From the human T2T-CHM13v2.0 reference genome, Homo sapiens: a stretch of 64,000 nucleotides of DNA. The stretch lies in the NCBI RefSeq assembly GCF_009914755.1, contig NC_060926.1; one strand, written 5' to 3'. The notes beneath the pieces were generated by a model. The model searched no databases. It saw only the letters and a list, made by a program, of their open reading frames with translations, and was not told where the DNA came from. The position numbers were made by a program, and so were the translations under genes. This document shows, piece after piece, positions 14,837 to 27,399 of the stretch. Positions within the stretch are counted from its first letter, which is position 1. Every line of letters begins with the position of its first letter.

Positions 14837-17435
14837 TTTACAAATGAGTGTGAATGGTAGATTTAAATTATTTGGTTGAGAATTGATAAGCAAGAATTAT
14901 TGTTTGTGTTTACATTTCTAAATCTTTTCAGTTTATGATATGATTATTTTTCATATTTAGAAACATCCACACATTTAAAATCTAAAATTATTATATTAAT
15001 TTAATATAGTCTTTAATCATTTAGCATGTATAAATTAATATAAAAGTTCTCTAAGATAGGTCATTTTTAAAAGTCTTTATTTACTACCACCTTTAGTATC
15101 CACTTACTTGTTTATAAAAAATGTTGCTGAATTTCAGAAAAAAAAATTTATTTAGAATTTTTTACAGTTTGACCATACTGGGCATATTTTTTTCTACTGA
15201 AGATGAAAAGAGACTTCTATATGTATTCTGGAAAGCATCTTTACTTTTGTATTCAGTGTTATTGTGAAAATGAAAATACTGCTAAATAAAGATGAGTTTC
15301 TCACCATATGAAATACTTATCTTTACTTTCAAAATAATAAAATAGTGTAGGCAAAGTCATATTTGACATTTTCTTATTCTATGCCATCAAAATATAAAGA
15401 AAATGATAACAAAAATTATATAAAAATAAATTATACTGCTCAGAAATTAAGTCTCTTAAAAACATGAAATCATTTTCTTCCTACATTTCAGCAAGATTAG
15501 ATAACTGACCATACAAGTTATAATTTTTATTTTCAAAAGTTTAAATTACTAAATGTGATGTTGATCAGAAACACAACAAATTATAATTACTGAATCAGAT
15601 AAGATCAGTTAATTTCTCTATTTTGTTTACAAACTGTATAAAATAATACATTCTGAAACATTTTAATTTGAAATATGTTAAGAATACAAATTCTTGGAAA
15701 TATGATGCTTGAAATGTATTTTAAACTAATCAGATTAAACTATTCCCCAATTATTCCAGTTACATAAGATTTGGCTCTAGCACAGAGGAACCAAATAAGA
15801 GGTACAGGTTAATAATATAGAAAGGTGAGCAGAAATCATTTGTCAGTTTTCTATGACATGTCATCCTGGAGTGCCACTCAGAGGGGAAATACTGATATTT
15901 GTTATAGCTCAGTTATACCCTTGTTTTATATAAACATATTTTGTTACCTCTATTAATATTCCTGACAGATGAGTAAAGTGTACAGCTGTCTGTTTCTTAT
16001 GGCTCTGGCTGCTGCACCTGGACAGCCTTTGTAATTAGCTAGGGAATGCCTCTTTTCCATCTGTCACTGCCATGATAACCAAATTTAGTGCTCAGTAGAA
16101 ATTTGTTGTAAAAAAGAAATGATAAACAACTAAAAGAAAATGTACATATAAAACTATATTTTACTCTTCCACTTAAAAAAATCATTATACGAACACGCTG
16201 TTAAAAATAATTCTGCAAATCACATATTTAAGTAACCAAAGAATAAAATCTTGGTGTACATATACACACACTATCTATATATTATAGAAAAAGTTAAAGG
16301 CCTTTGTTTTACATGAAGACCTGAGATTAGCATATCCTTAAAATTATTTCTAGGTCTACTATTCCATAATTCTAATATAGAATATTCTAACAAGGATAAT
16401 GTCTAGTGGAGTCATATAGACTAAGAGGGACTCACATGTCTCAGAAATACTACCTCTTATTTGTATACACAAACCATAGCCTACCTCACGATGGGAAATC
16501 CTGGGGTAGTAGAAAAAATACAAGAGTACAAGCTTATTCCCAAATATTCTAGGAAGCAGTTAGCAGTAAGCTCCCCTCTTTATGCCCCTGAAAAATAGAG
16601 AACACATGTGTCACAACATTTAAGAACCTCACAGCAAAGAGAAAATATTTTAGCAATTTTTATTCTGGAAGTTGCAGTAAGACTGAAGTTGAGACTGAAA
16701 GTCTTTTTGCTGTGTTTTATGTCTAGATCAGAATTACATCATCACCTTTAATAGTGATTAGCAAAATTACTTATAATGAAATTTTATTTCTTAGAATCCT
16801 ACTACCTAACTGGAGTCATTTCTCTTATTTGAATTTCATTCCATGGTTCATGTGAATTTTTTTGTTGTTTTGAGCATTTTTCTATAATTCCAAAGCTAAG
16901 AAGCTTATTAAATGGGGCCAAATATTCCCTGACACCAATAATATTAATTCCAAAATTCACTTTATTTCAAGTTTTTTTCTGATTTAAACATTCCCAAATA
17001 AATGTTCATATTGGCGGAAATTAAGGGCAGAATAGCTCTCTCAGGAGATCCTTGTCTACTGCTGAGAAAATAGTTTTCTTTAAGTCAATACAAGGGATTC
17101 ATAGTCTTTTTATTTAAAGAAAACTTCTATCCATATAAAAATGTATATTATTATTATACTTTTCCTTAATATTAATTTTATAATGCTTAAAATAAAGTTA
17201 GTTAATTGCATTATTCACTCATTAATCTTTAGCAAATATCTTTTAATTTTTACACATCTTCCCCATTTTCCTTAAATTATTACATCAGCGAAATATTCTC
17301 CAACATGTTTTCATCTATTTGCATACACAAGCATTTTATATATTGTATATATTCTATATAAAACCAATTCTAAATAAAAGTATTTTATATATATTTCTTT
17401 TACTAATACATATTTTCTGAAAGAAAGTATACCAT

Positions 17436-17945
17436 CTGTATCAGTTTTTGCAGTGTAAGAAAACCACTTCAAAGTCACATCTAAAGTTGGTTGGGCAGGT
17501 TTTACTGTCTTGCCTGGGCTCAAATATGTATCTTAGGTTAGATAGAGGTCTGTAGTTCTGCTAATATTTGCTCAGCTCTCTAATATGTTTGCGAGTGGGC
17601 TGACTAATATCTGCTCTAGTATGGCTTCATCAGAAGGGTTGGGATGACTTGCTGCTTTACCAAATGGTCTCTTATCATGGAGCCTAGGATAGTCTTATCC
17701 TAGCTTTCTCTTCATGGAAGTGCCAGGGTTCTGAGAAAGGGCAGAAGCACACAGGGAATCTTGAGGCCTAAGTCTGAAACCCACACATCACTTTCACTAT
17801 ATCTATTTGCCAAAGCAGTTCACAGGACAGCCAAGAGTCAAGAAATGAGAAATAGATTCCACTTCCTTAAAGGAAGAGCTTTAAAGTCACACTATCTTTG
17901 AAGCATTGGGTGAAAGATTAGAGCCATTTTGTAATTAATCTACCC
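17436..17945 (-). mobile_element. Old MLT1 (H/I-like) MaLR LTR
   Basis: tcttgaggcctaagtctgaa...cacatcactttcac...gaaatagattccac...ttaatctacc. Confidence 0.75.
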
Positions 17946-18502
17946 TATTATCTAATATTATGTGCAATATAATTCAATTTCATTCACCATTGTATGTTTA
18001 GCACCTGGAAGACTACCTGGAACATATAGGAAATAAATATTTGTAAGACAAAAGAATGTAAAATCCCACCCCACTTGGAGGACTACTACTTATATGGAAA
18101 ATAATATTGATTGTCTTGCCCAGCATTTATTCCAACAAGTGACCACCATGCTTTTCCAGAATGCCAATGTTTGAAAACTAAACCCTTTATTCCACAAGCA
18201 GTTTAGTACTTAGTTTCTTGATGGAGGCTTGGTTTTGCAAAACAAGCATCTCCGAGAGTTGACAGAAGAAAATAGTGTGAGGCGGTGCCCACTCTAGGAA
18301 ATGATTCTTCTTTAAGCAACTCTGATGTATACTTTTCACTTCTTCTTCTTCTGAGACATACCTAAAAGTTTCTGGTGTCTTGTTCTTAGGATCATATTGA
18401 AGCAGTAGCAGTTAGGTTTCTACATTTGAATCTCTGATTTGTTTCAACTTTTTTCCCTTTCAAACAAAAATTAAAAAAATAAATTATAAATGCCTGTGCA
18501 AA

Positions 18503-18671
18503 TAAGTAATTCACTTTTATCTTTTACATTTTTAAAGCCATTAAAAATACATTTTATATTTGTTCTGATTATTTGTTCCAAAATGAATCACCAGGAGTGG
18601 GTAGCAATTAATGAGCATTGAGAGGTTCTACATCACTTGTGAAATGCAAGCTTCAGGAAGACAGAATGTCA
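18503..18671 (+). repeat. 169-bp direct repeat, copy 1
   Basis: Aligns with 19363-19531, with about 9 substitutions and two 1-nt indels by hand count. Confidence 0.95.
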
Positions 18672-19362
18672 CCTAATTAGTCATGTTAGCGCTAACTAAG
18701 GCCTCCTCTCAGCACTTCAAGAGAGACAGACAGTCACCCAACAACCACTATGTATTCACAACTCATGAAAGTACTAACAGCTATGAAACCTCTGCAATTT
18801 GAATTGCCAATGAAGAATCTTAATTTTCCACCACAATATGTTGTTCATGTGACTACATTAGTTGAGATTCTCCAACCCAAATTCACAAAGTCCTAGAGTC
18901 TGCACATTAAGGCTCAAGAACATTTACACAGATTTGGATCCATAGAATGTGTTGAGTTATACTTGGTGATTGCATGAGATAATTTTTCAAGGAAGAAGTA
19001 TATCAGTCCTAATCTCGCTGAAAAAAAAAGTGGATAGATATTTACCTATGAGAATGAAAAGTAAATCATGAAAGGCTTGGTTTCTTAGAAACATACAGTC
19101 TGTGTCTCTTGGAAAATTTGCTTCAAAAGTAAAGTTTAATCTTCCAAATTACTGTATTGTTCAACTAATATTCCTCCCTGCCAAATTGAGAAAAGTCTAT
19201 TTGAGTTTCCATCGTTAGAAATTAATAATAAAACCTGATTTTGTAAACAGGAAAGTTAAAATTTAGACCTTTTCTCTAACAGCAAATTTTATGATAATAA
19301 TCAAATTTTATTTTTAATTAATATTATACTTGTTGACATTTTAATAATTTTAAATGACATTT

Positions 19363-19531
19363 TAAGTCATTCACTTTTATTTTTTACATTTTTAAAGCCA
19401 TTAAAAATACATTTTAGATTTGTTCTGATTATTTGTTCCAAAAATGAATCACCAAGAGTGGGTACAATTAATGAGCATTGAGAGGTTCTACATCACATCT
19501 GAAATGCAAGCTTCAGGAACATAGAATGCCA
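19363..19531 (+). repeat. 169-bp direct repeat, copy 2
   Basis: Matches copy 1 at an offset of 860 bp. Confidence 0.95.
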
Positions 19532-20107
19532 AAATTCCCACTGAGGAGCCAACAACTTGCTGCAATATTTCTTTATCTATGTTTTCACAGTTTTCATAAC
19601 CTAACATATATACAAGTATACATTAACATCAATTCATTTTCATTTCAGAATACTCAAAACTACAGAAAATGTATGACAGAGCAAAGTTGAGTATTGTTAT
19701 AAATTTAAGGAAGACTGTATTCTTCAGCCCTCTCATGAATAAAACTTAAAACTGAAGTTTTAAAACAAATTCTCGTTAACTTCTCCAAACTAAGAGATGG
19801 AACAGAGCTTACGAAATCTATTTTCTAGGTTAGAGCTCCTCTCAGTGGCTTTATTTAGAATTTCACATGGCATATACGTAGAATACTCTTAAATTTATGG
19901 TCCCACAAAAGTTTACAGAAATAAAGTAGGAAAAAGGCTCACTTCAATACTCTGAGAGATATTGAGGGACAACTATTTAGGTTTCTTTTGTATATCTATA
20001 AAATGTTAAAACAAGGCTACTTAGAATAATATAAAGTACTCCAGATTTTTCAGATTACCCAATCATGATCACGGTCTTTTCACATCAGAGATATAAAAAC
20101 AAATATC

Positions 20108-20444
20108 CTTCAAACTCTGCTTCCACTAATAGCCTCTTGATGACTTCTAGCAAATCTCACCAACCTTGCCCTACCCCCTACCATTAATCTAAGAGGAGAA
20201 CTCTTTGAAACTAGAGTTTCATTCTCCTAATCAAATATCACTACAGTGCTTATAGGACTTAATATACTAATTACAGCCCTTTACGTCCTGCATATGCTAA
20301 TCACAACACAACAAGGGACACTTACATATTATTTTAACAGTATGAAACCTTCCTTTACATGAGAAAATACATTAATATTTACACATTTTGCACCTATCTT
20401 CCTATTATCCTTATACCCTAAAATTTTTATGTGATTTTCATGCG
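20108..20444 (+). pseudogene. MT-ND4: MT-ND4 pseudogene (3' part)
   Basis: cttcaaactctgcttccactaatagcc...ttgccctacccccta encodes LQTLLPLMA...LALPP; in-frame stop present. Confidence 0.95.
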
Positions 20445-20512
20445 GTAGCTATAGTTTAACCAAAACATTAGATGTGAATCTAATAATAGAAGCATGCAAC
20501 TTCTTATCTACA
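20445..20512 (+). pseudogene. MT-TH: mt-tRNA-His copy within the NUMT
   Basis: gtagctatagtttaaccaaaacattagatgtgaatct, GTG anticodon, located after ND4. Confidence 0.9.
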
Positions 20513-20571
20513 GAGAAAGTATGCAAGAATTGCTAAGTCATGCACCAATGCCTAACAACATGGCTCTCTCA
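20513..20571 (+). pseudogene. MT-TS2: mt-tRNA-Ser(AGY) copy within the NUMT
   Basis: gagaaagtatgcaagaattgctaa...tggctctctca, GCT anticodon, lacks a D-arm. Confidence 0.9.
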
Positions 20572-20642
20572 ACTTTTGAAGGATTAGAGTCATCCTTTGG
20601 TCTTAGGAACCAAAAACACTGATGCAACTCCAAATAAAAGTA
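20572..20642 (+). pseudogene. MT-TL2: mt-tRNA-Leu(CUN) copy within the NUMT
   Basis: acttttgaaggat...tggtcttaggaacc...gcaactccaaataaaagt, TAG anticodon. Confidence 0.9.
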
Positions 20643-22455
20643 ACAAACATGTATTTTTCCACTACTGTAATAGCCCTAATTCCCTTAATCTTACCGACTA
20701 TTACTACCTTAGCCAATCCCTGCAAAAAAAGGTTCATACCCATTTTACCTAAAAATATCTATTGCATGCGCCTTCATCATTAGCCTCATCACTACAATGT
20801 TTATATGTACAGATCAAGAAGTTATTATCTCAAACTGACATTGAATGACAATCCAAACTCTTAAACTTTCACTAAGCTTAAAACTATACTACTTCTCCAC
20901 AATATTTATCGCAGTAACATTATTCATTACCTGATCTATTGAAGACTTTTCAATATGATATATAAATTCAGATCCTAACATTAATCAATTTTTCAAATAC
21001 CTACTTATCCTCATCACGATATTAATTCTGGTTACTGTCAACAATCTCTTTCAGCTCTTTATCGTATGAGAAGGTGTAGGAATTATATCTTTTTTACTAA
21101 TTAGCTGATGGCACGGCCGAGCAGATGCTAATACAGCAGCCCTCCAAGCAATTCTGTACAACCGCATCAGCGGTATTGGCTTTATTTTAGCTATAGCATG
21201 ATTCCTCTTATTCTCCAACACATGAGACTTTCAACAAGCATTTATTCTAAATCTTATCCATGACTCCCTTACATTAATTAGCCTACTCTTAGCAGCAGCA
21301 GGAAAGTCAGCTCAATTCAGTCTCCATCCCTGACTTCCATCTGCTGTATAAGGCCCAACCGCAGTCTCAGCTCTACTCCACTCTAGCACTATAGTTGCAG
21401 AAGTTTTCCTGCTCATCCACTTCTACCCTTTAATAGAAAATAACCCATTAATGCAAACCTTTACATTATTCCTAGGGGCTATTACCATCTTATTTACAGC
21501 GATCTGCCCTTTAAAACAAAATGATATCAAAAAAATGGTAGCATTTTCCACCTCAAGCCAGCTGGGCCTTATAATAGTCACAGTTGTCATTAATCAGCCA
21601 CACGTAACATTCCTTCACATCTGCACCCATGCCTTTTTAAAGCTATATTATTTATATATTCAGGGTCCATCACCCATAATCTCAATGATGAACAAGACAT
21701 TTGAAAAATAGGAGGGTTATTCAAGACTTTACCTTTCACTTCCTCCTCCCTTATTATTGGTAGCCTCTCACTTACAGGTGTGTTTTCCTCACAGGCTTTT
21801 ACTCTAAAGACCTTATTATCGAAGGTCTTTAGAGTAACTATGTCATAGACCAACACCTGAGCCCTTTCTATTATTCTTATCACCACCTCATTGACACCTG
21901 TTTATAGTACCCAAATTATTTTCTTCACTCTGATAGGGCAACCTCGCTTCTCAGTTCTGATTATTATTAACGAAAATAATCCCTTCCTAATTAACTCAAT
22001 TAAATGCCTAACAATTGGCAGTATCTTCCCTGGATTCCTTATGCTCAACGGTATTATTCCTACTTCAGCTCCCCCAACAGCTATACCACTCCATCTAAAA
22101 CTCACAGCCCTAGGTGTGACCACCTTAGGGCTCTTATTAACAATGGAGTTTAATCTCATAACTAATAACCTTAAACTAAAGCACCCATTACAGATATTCA
22201 ATTTCTCCAACATACTAGGTTTTTATTCAGCCACAATTCACTGTTCAACCCCCCACTCAAGCCTGTCCACAAGCCAAAATCTGGCTTCACTTCTACTAGA
22301 CCTAATTTGACTAGAAAAATCTATACCAAGGACCGACCGTTTCACAAACCCAAATTTCAGCCTCCATTACCGTATCTACTCAGAAAGGCCTAATTAAACT
22401 CTATTTTCTCTCTTTTTTTATTCCATCCATTCTAACCCTACTATTAATTATCTAA
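20643..22455 (+). pseudogene. MT-ND5: MT-ND5 pseudogene, full span, frameshifted
   Basis: [27 protein letters not shown] and GQPRF...INENNP fragments lie in different frames. Ends with TAA at 22453-22455. Confidence 0.97.
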
Positions 22456-22980
22456 TCTATTACCCCGAGCAATTTCAATTGCAACATAAATACTAACAAA
22501 CAGTGATCAACCAGCAACTACCACTAATCAACACCCGTAACTATATAAGGCAGCCACACCCACAGAATCCTCATGCAACAACCCTGCCCCCTCACCCTCA
22601 AAATTTATTCAGCTCCCTATGCTTTTAAAATCAATGGTGATCCCTACCCCATCGCACTCAACTATTCACCAAACCAACAGCAACTCTATTAATAACCCTA
22701 ATAATAAAGCCCCTCAAATGTCAATACTTGACCCTCATGTTTCAGGATACTCCTCAATAGCCATTGCCGCAGTATAACCAAAAACAACCATCATACCACC
22801 CAAATAAATCAAAAAGACTATTAAACCCACAAAAGCTCTACCAAGATTCAACACGATGCCACAGTCCACAGCACCACCAACAATTAGCCCCAGGCCTCCA
22901 CAAAGAGGAGAAGATTTTGAAGAAAAACCTACAAACCCTATAACCAAAAGAATACTCAATAAAAATAAAGCATAAGCCAT
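22456..22980 (-). pseudogene. MT-ND6: MT-ND6 pseudogene, 525 nt, no frameshift
   Basis: MAYALFLLS...[23 protein letters not shown]...IEIARGN then AGA. One internal AGA at 22837-22839. Confidence 0.97.
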
Positions 22981-23049
22981 TATTCCCACATGGATTATAA
23001 CCATGACTAATAATATGAAAAACCATAGTTGTATATCAACTATAAAAAC
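22981..23049 (-). pseudogene. MT-TE: mt-tRNA-Glu copy within the NUMT
   Basis: Lies between ND6 and CYTB; tgaaaaaccatagttg gives a TTC anticodon on the minus strand. Confidence 0.88.
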
Positions 23050-23053
23050 ACTA

Positions 23054-23400
23054 ATGACCAACACCCGCAAAACACATCCACTAATAAAAAATTATTAACT
23101 ATTCATTCATTGATCTTCCCACACCATCTAATATTACTACATGATGCAACTATGGCTCGCTTCTTGGCACCTGCCTAATTCTCCAGATCATTACAGGATT
23201 ATTTTTGGCCATACACTATATACCAGACACCTCAAATGCCTTCTCTTCATTCACCCATATTAGCTGAGATGTAAATTACAGCTGAATGGTTGGCTATTTT
23301 CATGTTGATGGCGCCTCAATATTTTTCATCTGCCTCTTCCTACATGTTGGCCGAGGCTTATACTATGGATCATTTATATTCCTAGAAACCTGAAATATTG
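23054..23400 (+). pseudogene. MT-CYB: MT-CYB pseudogene (5' part)
   Basis: atgaccaacacccgcaaaacacatccacta ([10 protein letters not shown]) ... [21 protein letters not shown]...ETWNI, with an early frameshift. Confidence 0.96.
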
Positions 23401-23635
23401 ATTTTTTATATACCGAGTTAAGTTTTTAAATTATATTTAATGATACAGTGATAAATAACTGGGTGGCGTTTAGAGTAATATGCTGCCTAATGAAGCAAGG
23501 AAGCCATCATGATTTAAATTAGATGTACATATAAAGCATAAAGAAATAAGGTAAAAATCAAAAGAATCCACTATGAAAGAAACAATTATTCTTTCAGGAC
23601 TTACCACAAGGTAGCATTTTCGATTTCCAAGACTT

Positions 23636-23850
23636 AAAATACTATATACAATCTAGTGAAGAGCAGTCAATTAAAAGACTAAAATTGAAATACTATATAC
23701 AACTATATATATAAAATACTATATAACATTAATATTATATTAATACTATATAACATTAATATTATATTATATTAATACTATATAATATTAATATTATATA
23801 TAAAATACTATATACAGTTAGTGAAGAACAATTAAAAGACTAAAATTGAA
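23636..23850 (+). repeat. ~50-bp direct repeat flanking an AT-rich minisatellite
   Basis: aaaatactatataca...agtgaaga...caattaaaagactaaaattgaa at 23636-23689 and 23802-23850, with aatactatataacattaatattatatt units between. Confidence 0.85.
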
Positions 23851-25520
23851 GACTAACAAAATCAAGTGTTGATGAAGATGTAGAAAAACTCAGATTTTCA
23901 TACACTGTGAATTTGAATGTAAAGTATTGCAACCACTTTATAATATATTTCAGCCATTTCTTAAAGAGTTAAACATATGTCTGCCATATAACCAGCTATT
24001 TTACTTTTAGGGATATAAAAGTATATACCCATACAAAGGTTTGTACATACATGGTTATTTCAGCTTTGTTTATAATAAGAAAAGCTTAACTCAATTGTCC
24101 ATCATCAGATGAACAAACCTTAAACTATAGCATACTATAAAGTAAAATCCTAATCCTCAATAAAAAGAAATTGACTAATACATATGACAACATGGAAAAA
24201 TCTCAAAACCAGTATTCTGAGGGAAAAAAAGCTAGACACAGTAAATACTGTATGAGTCCATTAAAAAGTCAAACTAAATTGACAATATAAAATTATTAAT
24301 TTTGATAGCTAGCTAGCTACATAGATAATTTTTAACATCTCTGTCATCTTAGAAAGTTCAGATACAGCCTTTTAATAATAAAAGGCTACCATCTAAAAAT
24401 ATTAAAATACCATTTTTAAGTTAAATATATAGAGCTCTTGAAAAAATAGCTAATTAAGGTCTAGGGCAGGAAATGTAAAAGATGGTGCAATAATATTTTG
24501 TCATGCCAGATCATGAAGAAGAATCAGCTGTCAAAACTGCCAACCTCATTTGAAATAAAATTACAAGCTAAATTAGAGAGACTATCACTGTTAAAAAATT
24601 GAATAACTTGAGCTTCAACAATGATAACAATTGCAATGGATTGTTACCCATAAAACTTGCTTAAATCTATGAGCCCATAGTATTTTTATGAAAAAACAAA
24701 ATTATCAATTTTAGAGGATAATAAGAAATTTATCCATCATCTTGAAAGCTGAGGAATAATGGGAAATGATAGTTTTTAACCTCCTTTTCCTTTATAAATT
24801 GTATTATCACATAATGAAATAAAAGCACATCTTTATGAAAATATAATGATTGGAAAAGAAATGGTAGAATTATAATACCACCATTTTATAACCCCTTCCA
24901 CAATGAATTAGTAAATCTGCACATTAAGCCTCAACATTACAAATGTTGTAATGCTAACGTTACAAATAGGGAGGTGGCCGGACTTTTTATGTTACCTGTA
25001 GTCTTGCCCAACATGCCCTTTAGTCTTGACAAAAGGATCTGAGTCTGATTAAACTTCTGGATCCAGTTGCCAACTTTTAGAAAACACAAAAGACAGAGAA
25101 TCATATTGAAATGCACTGTGACTGTGCAGCCAGCAAAATCCAGACAGTGGAAAACTTTCTAGGTCAAACACCAGGGTCCTTCAAGAGATAAATTGTAAGA
25201 CAAAGAGATGACGGATACACTGAATAAGACAAAAAATATATCAGTTTGTAAAAATTGACATGATTAAGTGATATTGTCTAGTGATGTGCATTTGTGTAAT
25301 AAAACTTTTTTTAGTAGGAAATTATTGTAACTTAAAAGGATTAAGTTGTTTTGGAAAGAGAGAAGAATTTATTCTGGATTAGGACATTTAGAAGGGCTTC
25401 TGGGGCACTTGACAATGCTTTATTGTATGAACTGGTGGTTATTTCCCTTCTAACAATTCTTTATACATTGGTTTTGTGGGTTTTTCTGTCTTTTTCATTT
25501 TATTGTAGTAATATTTTTAC
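23850..25520 (+). mobile_element. Old L1M 3' fragments (L1MC4/5-like 3' UTR)
   Basis: aagtgttgatgaagatgtagaaaaact, caacatggaaaaatctcaaaac, cagcaaaatccagacagtggaaaact. Confidence 0.6.
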
Positions 25521-26652
25521 AAAGAGGAAGAAGAAAGAAGATTCACACATGAGATTCACAAATACAGAATCTGTCTCTTTCATCAAAAGTTGATTTTAAA
25601 TTAAACTGTAATATTAAAATTAAATTACTGAACTGGCTTCTAATGAAGGATTGAAAGTGAATTCAATCATTTCAAAATGAAGTCCCTTTGCTTCATTTTG
25701 TAGAAAAACAAAACCCAACATTATGAGGTTCATGGAATTGCATTAAAATCTCTTTAAGTCCTTACAACATAATTTTGTGAGATGGGTTTCTTTTTCATTA
25801 AAATGAAATGAAAAACATGTTTATTTATGTATATTTGCAACACATGTAGCACTGTTATTTATGTAATTTAGATTAGATAAATTAAATACAGCAACAAAAA
25901 ATCTCATTTGATACAAAAAAATTTAAATATGGATATAAGCAGTATTTATTCAAAGTGTCTTACATAAGCATTTAATTTGAGCAATTGCTATATCACTCAT
26001 TTATTTATATGTGTGGAACAAAAAGTTATAATATAAAATTAACTATGCTAATCACCTATACACAGGTTTTCAGCACATAGTAGCCACAGTTTTACAACTC
26101 TTGTACTTGCCTATATATGATGTCTTTGTTTTTACTTAATTCAAATATTGTATCTGTTGTATCTACTAATAAAATTTAGACTTGCATTTCATATAATTTG
26201 GCTTTTACATTTTCTTTTAATCCATTTTACTGTGTTTTGAAAGAATTACTCTACAATAAATTGGAGTTTAAATAGCCTAGTCCATCATTATAGATAATTT
26301 GGGAAGTACTGCCTTTCAACATTGAGCAGAACATCTTTTATTCATTTAGAAATGAATATATATTAAGTTGAATTTTTAAATTCAAACTCACCAGATTTTA
26401 CTGCTTGATATTGCTTCTTAGATCTTAACATCTTCTTACCTCACATTTTAATTTGTACTATGTAACAATATTTCAGTACAGGGCATACTTAGCTAATTTA
26501 ATTCAGCGAAATTCAGTTTAGTTCTACTAAATTCCTGCCATGTGAAACATGCAGAGTTAGGCAATAAAGGGATAAAGGAATCATTAATAAATTGTCCCAA
26601 GCCTTAAGCAGTTTAGAGTCCAACATGAAGTATAAGAAAGATATACAATTCC

Positions 26653-26753
26653 TTTTTTTTTTACTTTTATTTTAAGTTCAGAGGTACAAGTGCAGGTTTG
26701 TTACCTAGGTAAATTCATGTCTTTGCAATTGTGAATACTGCTGCAATTAACAT
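26653..26753 (-). mobile_element. Tiny L1PA 3'-end fragment with an internal deletion
   Basis: Poly-T plus ttaagttcagaggtacaagtgcaggtttgttac, fused to catgtctttgcaattgtgaatactgctgc. Confidence 0.8.
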
Positions 26754-27399
26754 TACTTTTATATAAATCAAATAGAAAGTGTGACAAGCATTTTATCAGG
26801 TAGGGAGAAATCATATTTTATTTAAGAGATCAAGGGATCTCTTAACTAATTAATTAAGATAAGTTTGAAAGGTATTAGTAGAGAGAAAGAGAAAAAAGCA
26901 TCAATAAAATAATTAAATGAAAATACATTGTTCTATATTTTCACATAAAAAAGCACTTGAATTAATGGAAATATAAATGTAATAGTAGATAGCATTTGAA
27001 AGCTATATTATTGAGGACATCAAATACTCAGGCTAAATAACATTTATTATTTCAACAACCAATCGCATTGTTACACAGGTCCATGTCACAGTCTACATGT
27101 TAGAAAATAGTGGGTGGGAGAGGACAAGATGAAAAATACAAAGATAAATTAACCAAATGATCTTGTAAAAAGATACTTATAACATGGTGATAAATTCTGT
27201 GACAGAAATTATAAGGTCTAAGAGCATAAAGATGAAAAAAGTCTTGTCTTTAAGCTATGATTTGGGGCTTGAAGTATGTGTAAGGGAAGACTAGACAAAG
27301 CAAACGAATATTATAGGCTTAGGGGAGAGCATTCATTTATTCAGCTATATAATTAAAATTCATTGAATTTCTACTAACTTTTAGGTTTTAAGTACTTAC

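Larger units (their letters stand above)
20108..23400 (+). other. NUMT, ~3.3 kb, spanning mtDNA from the ND4 3' end to the CYTB 5' end
   Basis: Vertebrate mitochondrial gene order ND4-H-S-L-ND5-ND6(-)-E(-)-CYTB, L-strand low-G composition, and abrupt boundaries with nuclear flanks. Confidence 0.98.

Noticed and set aside
18188-18361. Possible minus-strand terminal exon with two open frames after ttttag
   Set aside because: Weak polypyrimidine tract and no recognisable protein similarity.
18503-19531. The direct repeats as LTRs of a small retroelement, or as a CRISPR-like array
   Set aside because: No TG...CA ends, PBS, PPT or TSD; only two copies; eukaryotic context.
20445-20642. Cluster of three tRNAs as functional genes
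   Set aside because: They are mitochondrial-type tRNAs inside a NUMT, with stem and loop mutations.
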